Source: an uncultured Pseudomonadales bacterium
Lineage (GTDB): Bacteria; Patescibacteriota; Microgenomatia; UBA1400; PJMF01
Assembly: GCA_964511345.1 (NCBI GenBank)
Contig: CAZEEV010000004.1
Location: 19,802-83,801 of the forward strand
Direction: 5' to 3'
Length of the DNA stretch: 64,000 nucleotides
Both the position numbers and the translations under genes were made by a program. Each line of letters begins with the position of its first letter. The first letter of the stretch is position 1. The notes under the pieces were generated by a model. It saw only the letters and a list, made by a program, of their open reading frames with translations, ran no database searches and was not told where the DNA came from. Of the stretch, positions 41,579-50,397 are shown piece by piece.

Positions 41579-42826
41579 ATGTCTACAGTACAGAATGCTA
41601 ACCTAGTTAGAACAGAATTTGCAGCTGCAATTACCCAAATTGCTACAGAGCGCAAAATTGATCCAGAAGATATTTACGAAGCGATTCGTCAGGCTTTAGT
41701 TTCTGCTTATCGTAAGCAAATTGGCGATCTGGATGAAAGTTTTTATTACTACGTCGACCTCGATAAAAATAATGGTTCAGCTCGCATTCTCAAAGCTCCG
41801 GTCACCAAGATGAATGAAGAAACCCTTGAGCCTTTAGAGTGGGATGAGAAAAAATCTGAAGATGTGACTCCAGCAGGTTTTGGTCGCATTGCTGCCCAAA
41901 CTGCTAAGCAAGTCATTTTGCAACGTATTCGAAGAAGTGAAAAAGATACCATCATCGCCGCTTATCGTGATCGCATTGGTGAAGTAGTGACTGGTCAAGT
42001 TTTACGTATGCAAGGTCGCAGTGTCATTTTAGACATTGGCCGTGGTCAGGCATTCATGCCCCCAGAAGAGCAAATGCGTGGCGAGTTTTATCGTCTTAAT
42101 CAACGTTTAGCTGTTTTGATTAAAGAAATTAGTGAGACAGTGCGCGGTGAGCAAATTATTGTTACCCGTGCCAGTGCCGAATTGGTCAGCAAACTTTTTG
42201 AACGTGAAGTCCCTGAAGTTTCTTCTGGCGCAGTTGAGATTGTTGCCATCGCTCGTGAAGCTGGTGTGCGTACCAAATTAACTGTTAAATCTACTCAAGA
42301 AGGAGTTGATCCAGTTGGTTCATGTGTCGGTCAACGTGGTGTTCGTGTGCAGAAGGTTATTGAAGAATTAAACAACGAAAAAGTTGATATTATTCCTTAC
42401 TCTGCTGACGCTAGACTTTTATTACAAGCTGCTTTAGCCCCAGCCGAAGGTTTGCAATTAGAAATTAATGATAAAAATAGAGTAGTAATAGTCACTGCTC
42501 CAGATGATCAATTATCTTTGGTGATTGGTCGTGGCGGCCAAAATGTGCGTTTGGCAGCCAAGTTGACTGGTTATCAAATTACCGTTAAGTCTGCTGCTGG
42601 TGAAGTGCAATCGGCTGTGACTGGCAAGGAAGATTACGAGATCGACACCTTTGGTTTATCAGCTGACACTAGAGAAGTTTTGATTCAACACAAACTAACT
42701 ACTTTGGCTGACTTAGTTAGATTTAGAGAGAAATGGGTAAACATGAATGAAGTGATTGAAGCAGATCAAAAAATCTTATTAGTCAAAGTAGATGAGTACT
42801 TAGCCGAAGAAGCAAAGCGCGAATAA
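41579..42826 (+). CDS. nusA: Transcription termination factor NusA
   Basis: FGRIAAQTAKQVI, S1 and KH domains (DPVGSCVG, IGRGGQNVRLA). Confidence 0.98.
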   Translation: MSTVQNANLVRTEFAAAITQIATERKIDPEDIYEAIRQALVSAYRKQIGDLDESFYYYVDLDKNNGSARILKAPVTKMNEETLEPLEWDEKKSEDVTPAGFGRIAAQTAKQVILQRIRRSEKDTIIAAYRDRIGEVVTGQVLRMQGRSVILDIGRGQAFMPPEEQMRGEFYRLNQRLAVLIKEISETVRGEQIIVTRASAELVSKLFEREVPEVSSGAVEIVAIAREAGVRTKLTVKSTQEGVDPVGSCVGQRGVRVQKVIEELNNEKVDIIPYSADARLLLQAALAPAEGLQLEINDKNRVVIVTAPDDQLSLVIGRGGQNVRLAAKLTGYQITVKSAAGEVQSAVTGKEDYEIDTFGLSADTREVLIQHKLTTLADLVRFREKWVNMNEVIEADQKILLVKVDEYLAEEAKRE

Positions 42827-42845
42827 GCAAAAATCGAAATAAATT

Positions 42846-44330
42846 ATGTTACAAAAAAGAGCGCCAATTATTACCATTATGGGTCATGTCGATCACGGCA
42901 AGACTTCGCTCTTAGATTTTATTCGTCATTCTAATTTAGCTGCCCGTGAAGCTGGTGGCATCACTCAACATATCGGTGCCTACCAAATTGATTTTCAAGG
43001 TCAAAAAGTGACCTTCATTGATACTCCTGGACACGCTGCCTTTAATAAAATGCGTCAGCGTGGAGCTCAGGTTACCGATTTAGTGATTTTAGTGGTAGCC
43101 GCCAATGATGGCGTGAAACCACAAACATTAGAATCGATTCGCTTTATTAAAGAAAGCAAAGTGCCTTTTATTGTAGCGATTAATAAAATTGATTTACCTG
43201 ACTTACATTTAGAGGTAGTCAAAGGTCAATTAGCTGAGGCTGATGTTTTACTGCAAGAATATGGTGGCGATATTGAAGCTGTTGAAATTTCTGCCAAAAC
43301 TGGATTGGGCGTAGATAAATTACTTGAAACAATTACTGTTATGGCTGATTTACTAGAACTCAAGGCTGATCCCAGTGCTCCTCTTGAAGCCGTAGTGATT
43401 GAATCAACTATGGAAAAAAATAAAGGTCCAGTCGCTCGTGTAATTGTGCGTTCAGGTACACTGCAAACTCGTCAGGATTTAATTGTTGACGAGATTACTG
43501 GTCGTGTTCGTTTACTTGAAAATGAAAAAGGTCAGGCTATGGATCAGGTTTTACCTGGTGAACCAGCAGAAATTATTGGTTTGAGTGACGTGCCTGAAGT
43601 GGGTAGCGTTATCAGAGATGCTAATGCTAATTATGATGAGGATTTAACTGCTGAGTTTAGTAAAACTGGAGATCTTGAAAAATCTTTCCGCTTGAGTGAT
43701 GAAGTTAATTGGGACGCTTTGGATGTGGATTTTATGTTGGGTGAAAAAGAAAAAATTAAGCTCGTGATTAAAGCTGATGTTAAAGGCACTCTTGAAGCAA
43801 TTTTACAAAGTCTAGATAAAGAAACTGTGGAAGTGATTGCTTGTGGTGTGGGTCAAATTACTGAACAAGACATGGAGTTAGCTCGTGATAGTCAGGTTTT
43901 ATTAATTGCCTTTAATGTCAAAGTCAACAACACTCAGAAGAAAATCGCCAAGAGCATAGGGGTTAAAATTAAAGAATATAACATTATTTATCACCTCATC
44001 GAGGATTTGCAGCAAAGTATGCTCAAGTTAATGGATGCGACTTTTGATGAAGTAGTGACTGGCGAAGCTGAAATTTTGCAGATTTTTGAGATGAAAGGTG
44101 AAACCATTGCTGGAGTGAGAGTTAAAACTGGTGAACTGAAGAAAACAGATTTATTGCATTTAAAAAGAGGTGAAGAAATTATCGCCAATCCAGTTCTTAA
44201 AAGTATGAGACATGGTAAAGATGAAATTGATCGCATTGGTACCAAGAATGAAGGTGGTCTCACTTTTAAAAATAAAAAACTCGATTTTCAAATTGGTGAT
44301 CTTATTGTGGCCTATAAAAAAGAGAGCTAG
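42846..44330 (+). CDS. infB: Translation initiation factor IF-2 lacking the N-terminal domain
   Basis: MGHVDHGKTS starting at residue 12, GGITQHIGA, DTPGH, NKID, KADVKGTLEA. Confidence 0.96.
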   Translation: MLQKRAPIITIMGHVDHGKTSLLDFIRHSNLAAREAGGITQHIGAYQIDFQGQKVTFIDTPGHAAFNKMRQRGAQVTDLVILVVAANDGVKPQTLESIRFIKESKVPFIVAINKIDLPDLHLEVVKGQLAEADVLLQEYGGDIEAVEISAKTGLGVDKLLETITVMADLLELKADPSAPLEAVVIESTMEKNKGPVARVIVRSGTLQTRQDLIVDEITGRVRLLENEKGQAMDQVLPGEPAEIIGLSDVPEVGSVIRDANANYDEDLTAEFSKTGDLEKSFRLSDEVNWDALDVDFMLGEKEKIKLVIKADVKGTLEAILQSLDKETVEVIACGVGQITEQDMELARDSQVLLIAFNVKVNNTQKKIAKSIGVKIKEYNIIYHLIEDLQQSMLKLMDATFDEVVTGEAEILQIFEMKGETIAGVRVKTGELKKTDLLHLKRGEEIIANPVLKSMRHGKDEIDRIGTKNEGGLTFKNKKLDFQIGDLIVAYKKES

Positions 44331-44358
44331 ACTTTTTACCAGATAAGACTTATGCACA

Positions 44359-44451
44359 GCATCTTTCATACCAAAGGGTCTGAAATTCGCTAATGCATCT
44401 TTCATACCAGCTGCTTTTTGCAATAGATTGCAAAAAGACAGGGTCTGAAAT
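44359..44451. repeat. REP-like doublet of imperfect palindromes
   Basis: GCATCTTTCATACCA twice (44359, 44395) and AGGGTCTGAAAT twice (44375, 44440); TTTCATACC and GGTCTGAAA are complementary with one mismatch. Confidence 0.7.
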
Positions 44452-44529
44452 ATAATATCCTCCTTATTAATTAATGCTTACTTTTCTGTTTGGTTTGAAG
44501 CACTAGATAGATAAAGGTGAAAGGAAATT

Positions 44530-44799
44530 ATGGCATTAGCAAAACAAGGCAAAGCTTCTATTATTAAAGACTTCGCTCTTTTTGAAGGCGACACTGGATC
44601 TCCAGAAGTACAGGTAGCTCTTTTAACCGCTTCCATCGAACAGTTAACCGAACACTTAAAATTACACAAGAAAGATAACCACTCTCGCAAGGGCTTGCTC
44701 AAACAAGTTTCCAAGAGACGTCGTTTACTCAATTTCTTGCTTTCCAGAAGTGAAGACAGATATCGTAAATTGATTGAAAAATTGGGTTTGAGTAAATAA
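44530..44799 (+). CDS. rpsO: 30S ribosomal protein S15
   Basis: [25 protein letters not shown]; promoter TTGCAA-N17-TATAAT at 44428-44456. Confidence 0.98.
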   Translation: MALAKQGKASIIKDFALFEGDTGSPEVQVALLTASIEQLTEHLKLHKKDNHSRKGLLKQVSKRRRLLNFLLSRSEDRYRKLIEKLGLSK

Positions 44800-44898
44800 C
44801 TCAAGTTCTCATATTGCAAAGCGCAAAAAATTCTTTTACACTAGTTAAAGTGTTGTTTTTTAGTTCTTAAAATACAAGAAAGCAAAAAAAAGGAATAA

Positions 44899-46527
44899 AT
44901 GCCAGAAGAATTCTCTCCTCAAGTTACCAGCGAAATGAGCGGTATTAATACCGTGGCTCGTCGTAGTGAAAATTTAAGTGATCAAACCAAGGATGTTGCG
45001 ACTAATCTTGGGAAAATAGATAAGTCTGAGGATGCAATTCGACAAGAAGGTGTTCTGACAGACGATGAAAAAGACAATAAAAATTCATACACTGAACAAG
45101 AATTTCAAGCTATGAGTTTAGAAGATAAGAGAAATTTCTTATCTGAATTGCAATCTATGGCTAAAGAAAAAAGCCCTATGTTTGCTTTGGAATTGCAGAA
45201 AAATAAAAAAGAGGGTGAGTTATTTAAATTAGCTATGGCTTTTAGCAAAACCGAACAGGCTCTCCAACAGAAAATGGAAGCTTTTAAATATAAGAAAGCT
45301 GAAATAGAAGAAAAGCATGCTGAGCAAGCCGCTAAAGCTACTGAAAAATATGAAAAGGATAGCGAAAAAATTAAGGCAAAATCAAAAGGTAAGATTCGTA
45401 AACTAGCTAGCAAATTGAAAAAGAATTCTACAGTTAAGGAGTTTAGAGGCAAGACTCAAGAACTAAATTCTTTAGGAAACTATTTTGGTTTTCAAAGAAA
45501 TGAGGATGTAAACCAGGGCATAGCCTCTAAAAGAGATGAGATAAAAGAAGATGAGGGTGTAGCAAGTTTAATTGAGCAGATTAGCGCTGAAAAAAGTGAC
45601 ATGGATAACAAGTTGCAAGAAAGAAAGCAGCAGCTTTTAACTGAACTGGCAACTATAGAACAAAACACCAAACATGAGCTAAGCCAGTTAAAAGGTTCTA
45701 CTCTAACTGAAGTTAGCGAACTTAAACAACAATTGACACAAATTGAACAAAATCGTGATCGAGCTGAACAAGAATTCACTGATTTAGAAGCACAAATTGA
45801 AGACAAACAACGTCTTCAGGATTCCGTAGATCTTCTAAAAGATGAACTGCGTGAGTTTAGTTTTGCTGACGGTCAAAAGATAATGGCTGATATGGAAAAC
45901 CGAGCTGCTAACACCTTAAGTATGGAAACTTTATCTGTTGATAAAGAAAACCTTGAAGGCCAATTGGACGTTATTTCTAATGAAATCACTAAGTTAAATG
46001 CTGATTTAGAAGAAGCTGAAACTTTGGCAATCAATGCTAATGAGGCTTCTTACGTCGAGCAATTTAATAATCTATCTAACGAAGAAGATAGATTATTGGA
46101 GGAAAGATTAGCTGTTCATAAAGATTTAGAAGAAGAGCTGTACAAACCATATGTAGAATATTATAAGGAACCTCAAACTGTTGATTTAAGTATAGGCGCA
46201 AATGCATTCAATAGAGCTGAGAATGAAGTTGAAATAATGTCTAAAAGTGCAAGAAACAGAGTAAAAAAGGAAATCTCTAAATCTAAAGAAGCTTTGGAAA
46301 AGTTTACTAACAAACTTACAGATAGATTTACTAAGTTAAATAATAGGTTGAATATTTCGAAAGCTGATGCCAACAGTGAAGTCTATTCAACTACAAATGC
46401 AATCGATAACGATCTTTATGTAGCCCAAACGATTATTGATCAGGCCAAAGAAGGTGACTTCAGTCAAGTTGCGGGAAAAGAAAACTGGTTGAAGGCAACT
46501 TTTTCTAAATTATTTTCTAAAAAATAG
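44899..46527 (+). CDS. Long coiled-coil hypothetical protein
   Basis: 542 aa, E/K/Q/L-rich heptads, no TM; AAGGA SD; own terminator. Confidence 0.75.
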   Translation: MPEEFSPQVTSEMSGINTVARRSENLSDQTKDVATNLGKIDKSEDAIRQEGVLTDDEKDNKNSYTEQEFQAMSLEDKRNFLSELQSMAKEKSPMFALELQKNKKEGELFKLAMAFSKTEQALQQKMEAFKYKKAEIEEKHAEQAAKATEKYEKDSEKIKAKSKGKIRKLASKLKKNSTVKEFRGKTQELNSLGNYFGFQRNEDVNQGIASKRDEIKEDEGVASLIEQISAEKSDMDNKLQERKQQLLTELATIEQNTKHELSQLKGSTLTEVSELKQQLTQIEQNRDRAEQEFTDLEAQIEDKQRLQDSVDLLKDELREFSFADGQKIMADMENRAANTLSMETLSVDKENLEGQLDVISNEITKLNADLEEAETLAINANEASYVEQFNNLSNEEDRLLEERLAVHKDLEEELYKPYVEYYKEPQTVDLSIGANAFNRAENEVEIMSKSARNRVKKEISKSKEALEKFTNKLTDRFTKLNNRLNISKADANSEVYSTTNAIDNDLYVAQTIIDQAKEGDFSQVAGKENWLKATFSKLFSKK

Positions 46528-46554
46528 ACTGTTTGTTAAATTGAATTAAATCTT

Positions 46555-46581
46555 AAAACCCGGCTCTTGAGCCGGGTTTTT
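46555..46581 (+). terminator. Intrinsic terminator
   Basis: AAAACCCGGCTC-TT-GAGCCGGGTTTTT. Confidence 0.88.
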
Positions 46582-46739
46582 GTTTATTCCATGCTATAAT
46601 AGCCCCATATTAATTAGGAAACTCAAGGAGGATTCTTGAGGATTCAAAAAAGATGAGAATAACTTCTCTTCTTTTCAGAATACTCGCTCCCTTTGAATTT
46701 CCAAAAACGCTCTTAATAAAAGAGCAAGAAAGTAAAAAT

Positions 46740-49067
46740 ATGTCTTATCCAAAGTATGGAAATACTTATAAGAAAGATCTTCTAGTGGGTGACAAAGTCA
46801 TTCATTTAGAAATTGGTAAATTTAGTGAACAGGTCAGCGCTGCTGTCTTGGCCACTTGTGGTGAAACCATCGTTCACACCACTGTTGCTTTGGGCAGAAG
46901 AGTCAATCTTGGCTACTTCCCATTATCAGTCGAATTTGTGGAAAAACTTTTCGCTGGTGGAATTATTAAAGGTTCTCGTTGGGTCAAACGTGATGGTCGC
47001 CCTACTGATGACAGCGTGCTTCGTGCTCGCGTGATCGATCGCACTATGCGTCCACTGTTCCCAGATGGAATTACTAATGAAGTGCAAGTCATCAGTACTG
47101 TTTTATCTTATGATGGTGAAAATGAGCCAGATATGATTGCTTTGGTAAGCACTGGTTTAGCGCTGCAAATTTCTGACATTCCTTTCGATGGTCCAGTGGC
47201 TGGAATGCGTTTTGGTTTAGATGAAAATAAACAATTCATCATTAACCCACTACGTAGCCAAATCGAAAAGAACGATTTAGATTTGATTGTTTCAGCTTCC
47301 AAGAATTCTATCGTTATGGTTGAAGCTGGTGCCAATGAAGTAGCTGAAGAAGTCATGATCGAAGCACTTTTAAAGGCTCAAGACGAAGCTACTAAGATTT
47401 GTGAACAGGTTGAAAGTATCGTCGCTGAAGTCGGCAAAGAAAAGCTTGTTTTGGTAGACGCTGAAGATCCAGAAAAAGTCGCTGCCAAGCAAGCCATTGT
47501 TGATCGTATGGCTAGTACTTACAAAAAAGAAATCAACGAGATGGTTAACAAAGAGGGTCGTTTAGAGCCAACTGGTTTGAAAGAATTAATCGCTCAAATT
47601 TTAGAAGAGGATAAAACCAAACTAGCCGAAGGCGAAGTCAGTGAATTAAACGAAGGAATGCTTAATGGTATTTTCCACGATTTAATGAAATCTGAAGCTC
47701 GTCGTATGATTCTAGAAGATGGTATTCGTCCAGATGGTCGCAATACCACCGAAATCAGACCAATCTGGTGTGAAGTTGATTTGCTACCTAGAGTTCATGG
47801 TAGTGCTATGTTCAAACGTGGCGCCACTCAAGCTTTGACAGTCGTCACTCTTGGTGATCCTTCTCTTGGACAATTAGTGGAAGACATGGCTGGTGAGCAA
47901 ACTCATCACTATTTCCACCACTATGACATGCCTCCATATGCTTCTGGTGAAGCTGGACGCATTGGTTATCCTAAGAGACGTGAAATTGGCCATGGTGCTC
48001 TCGCACAACGCGCCTTGATGCCTATGATCCCAAGTCAAGAAGTTTTCCCTTATACCATTCACGTGGTGAGTGAAATTATGTCTTCAAATGGTTCAACCTC
48101 TCAGGCTTCAGTTTGTGGTTCCACCATGGCTTTAATGGCCGCTGGTGTTCCAATCAAAAAACCAGTAGCAGGTATTGCTATGGGTTTGATGTCTGATGGC
48201 GAGAAACTTGTTGTCCTTTCAGATATTCAAGGCTTAGAAGATCACGTCGGTGATATGGACTTTAAAGTAGCTGGTACCAAGGAAGGCATCACTGCTATTC
48301 AAATGGATATTAAACTTAAGGGTATTCCAAAAGAAATTTTAGTTCAGGCTTTAGGTCAAGCTCGCGAAGGTCGCTTGCATATTATGGGCGAAATGATGAA
48401 ATGCATTTCAGAGCCAAGAACTTCTTTAAGTCCTTATGCTCCAAAAGTTGCTCAAATTACTATTCCAGCTGAAAAGATTGGTGCTGTGATTGGTTCAGGT
48501 GGCTCAGTGATTAAAGATATCATTGAAAAATCTGGTGCAGAAGTCAATGTCGAAGAAGACAAAGAAAACAAGACTGGTGTTATCAATGTGTCTTCTCCAG
48601 ATCAAGCTGCGATCGATAAAGCAGTTAAAATGATCGAAGACATTACTAGAGAAATCAACGTCGATGACGAATTTGATGGTACTATCACTCGTGTTGAGGG
48701 TTACGGCGCTTTCGTCGAATTCTTACCAGGACGTGAAGGCCTTGTGCATGTTTCCAACATGTCTTCTGAATATGTTAAAGACGCTAATGATCTTTATAAA
48801 GTTGGTGATAGCGTTCATGTTCGTGTCAAAGAATATAACCCAGAGGGTAAGATTGCTTTGACCATGCTAACCAAAGAACAAGAAGACGCCCAAAAAGCTG
48901 CCAAGGCTGCTCGCGGCGAAAGCGATGATAATGGTCGCGGTCGCAGTGGTGGCTACAATGGTGGCCGTCCAGCTTTTGGTAGTCGTGATGGCGACAGAGG
49001 TGGCGATCGTTATGAAAGACGTCCTTCCTTTGGAGGTCGTGATAACGGCGGCGGTAGAAGATATTAA
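46740..49067 (+). CDS. pnp: Polyribonucleotide nucleotidyltransferase (PNPase) with RGG-rich tail
   Basis: YFPLSVEF, RVIDRTMRPLFP, RREIGHGALA, SNGSTSQASVCG, GDMDFKVAGT, KH and S1 domains; likely ATG at 46740. Confidence 0.98.
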   Translation: MSYPKYGNTYKKDLLVGDKVIHLEIGKFSEQVSAAVLATCGETIVHTTVALGRRVNLGYFPLSVEFVEKLFAGGIIKGSRWVKRDGRPTDDSVLRARVIDRTMRPLFPDGITNEVQVISTVLSYDGENEPDMIALVSTGLALQISDIPFDGPVAGMRFGLDENKQFIINPLRSQIEKNDLDLIVSASKNSIVMVEAGANEVAEEVMIEALLKAQDEATKICEQVESIVAEVGKEKLVLVDAEDPEKVAAKQAIVDRMASTYKKEINEMVNKEGRLEPTGLKELIAQILEEDKTKLAEGEVSELNEGMLNGIFHDLMKSEARRMILEDGIRPDGRNTTEIRPIWCEVDLLPRVHGSAMFKRGATQALTVVTLGDPSLGQLVEDMAGEQTHHYFHHYDMPPYASGEAGRIGYPKRREIGHGALAQRALMPMIPSQEVFPYTIHVVSEIMSSNGSTSQASVCGSTMALMAAGVPIKKPVAGIAMGLMSDGEKLVVLSDIQGLEDHVGDMDFKVAGTKEGITAIQMDIKLKGIPKEILVQALGQAREGRLHIMGEMMKCISEPRTSLSPYAPKVAQITIPAEKIGAVIGSGGSVIKDIIEKSGAEVNVEEDKENKTGVINVSSPDQAAIDKAVKMIEDITREINVDDEFDGTITRVEGYGAFVEFLPGREGLVHVSNMSSEYVKDANDLYKVGDSVHVRVKEYNPEGKIALTMLTKEQEDAQKAAKAARGESDDNGRGRSGGYNGGRPAFGSRDGDRGGDRYERRPSFGGRDNGGGRRY

Positions 49068-49089
49068 TCTTCTTTAAATAGAAAATTTG

Positions 49090-49121
49090 AAAAGCCCCAG
49101 CCTAAAAACTGGAGCTTTTTT
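49090..49121. terminator. Bidirectional intrinsic terminator between pnp and a convergent small ORF
   Basis: AAAAGCCCCAG..CTGGAGCTTTTTT; the C/A mismatches on + become G-U pairs on -. Confidence 0.75.
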
Positions 49122-49128
49122 ATTTATT

Positions 49129-49233
49129 TTATGAATATTTTGTTAGATCTAATACTATTTGAATCAGTTTAGCTAAATTAATCAAAATTATTGACCATTC
49201 TAGTAAATTGTTTTTCTTTTGTTTTTTAAACAT
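49129..49233 (-). CDS. 34-aa amphipathic peptide, type I toxin-like candidate
   Basis: MFKKQKKNNLLEWSIILINLAKLIQIVLDLTKYS; AGGGGT SD; below the ORF-track cutoff. Confidence 0.5.
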   Translation of the reverse strand: MFKKQKKNNLLEWSIILINLAKLIQIVLDLTKYS

Positions 49234-49348
49234 AGGCCATTTACCCCTAAATAATAATTTATAAACTTCCAGTCCCTTGATAGGGGTTAGGCCTAAATAC
49301 AATTTTAGAGAGTGATTTTAGTTCAACACAATAGGCAGTTTTTAAATA

Positions 49349-49509
49349 AAAAGCTACACACCTCAAACAGACCGTAGAAGGAGCTGAAATAGAGGTTTGA
49401 TTTTTCAAATTGCATGGAACAGCGACTTCTCCGAATGAGACAAAGATTGTTTAATTTAATTAATAAACAGTTTTAGTTGAATGTGGCTTGATTGAGGTGC
49501 GTAGCTTTT
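49349..49509. repeat. 161-bp palindromic multi-hairpin element with 18-bp terminal inverted repeats
   Basis: AAAAGCTACACACCTCAA / TTGAGGTGCGTAGCTTTT (17/18); inner stems AGAAG-GA-GCTG / CAGC-GA-CTTCT and AAGATTGTTTA / TAAACAGTTTT. Confidence 0.7.
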
Positions 49510-49530
49510 GTATCGTGTATACTAATCTTT

Positions 49531-50397
49531 ATGCGCGTCAGTAATTTATTAGATTCTGCTGGTTTCATTGGTATTTTAGAACTTGATAATAATCGTGATT
49601 TAGCTGAGAGTTTGGGTTTGGATTTAACTTTGCAAGACAACACTCAATTATTAGATGAAATTAATAGTTATATTTTGCAATTAAGTAAAGAAGTGACTGG
49701 AGTGATTTATGATCCGATTTATACTTTTAAATTTTTATCCCAAAATAATCAACAGACCAGCGCTTTGATTCGTTTAGAACAAGATAGAGAAACTTTGCCA
49801 GATAGTTTGCCATTGTTATTTCCCAGCTTTAGTTTGGAAGAAATTAGCAGTAACTATGCTTTGGCTAAATTAGAATTAAATTATCATCCCAGAGAACAAA
49901 AGGCATTGGAAAAGAAACAATTATTGGCGGAAATCAGAGAATATTCAAAAATTCTTAACATAGATGTTTTACTGAAGCTAAATGTTTACGATCCTAATCA
50001 ATTACTTGTGCAAAAGGATGCGCAAATTAAGTTTTCTTTTGATGATGATCAATTGTTGGCAATTCAAGAATTAAGGTCTTTTAGTGACGTTCTAGTCATC
50101 CAAAATCCCTCTGATCCACTAGCAATGGCGACTATCATCAGTGAGTTGGATATTCCTTGTTTAATTATGGCTAATGAAACAGATAGCTATGAACAATTCA
50201 AAGATAAATTTCGCATGGCAATGGAGAATGGAGCCAAGGGTTATTGCTTGTCTCAAGTTTTGTGGCAAGAATTAAGTACTTATCGTCAAGAAAATCAAAG
50301 TTTAGATCTGACAAATATACAGAAATTTTTCCAAACCACTGTCAGAGATCGCTTGCTTGAACTTAATCGCATTGCTTCAGAAAGTCTAGCTTCATGA
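49531..50397 (+). CDS. LacD/DeoC-family (tagatose-bisphosphate aldolase-like) TIM barrel, probably degenerate
   Basis: ELDNNRDL, AKLELNYHP, AMENGAKGYCLSQVLWQE; likely ATG at 49531. Confidence 0.55.
   Translation: MRVSNLLDSAGFIGILELDNNRDLAESLGLDLTLQDNTQLLDEINSYILQLSKEVTGVIYDPIYTFKFLSQNNQQTSALIRLEQDRETLPDSLPLLFPSFSLEEISSNYALAKLELNYHPREQKALEKKQLLAEIREYSKILNIDVLLKLNVYDPNQLLVQKDAQIKFSFDDDQLLAIQELRSFSDVLVIQNPSDPLAMATIISELDIPCLIMANETDSYEQFKDKFRMAMENGAKGYCLSQVLWQELSTYRQENQSLDLTNIQKFFQTTVRDRLLELNRIASESLAS

Noticed and set aside
44160-44423. 87-aa minus-strand ORF with GMKDA repeated
   Set aside because: Antisense to the infB 3' end; the peptide repeat merely reflects the DNA repeat.
44359-44451. Mini-CRISPR or Neisseria-type DNA uptake sequence
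   Set aside because: Repeats are only 15 bp with two copies and no cas genes; only GTCTGAA is shared with the DUS. Kept as a REP-like finding instead.
49368-49390. SRP RNA helix-8-like CAGACCGTAGAAGGAGC
   Set aside because: Lacks the CAGG/GNRA/AGCA geometry; an alternative pairing explains the segment better.
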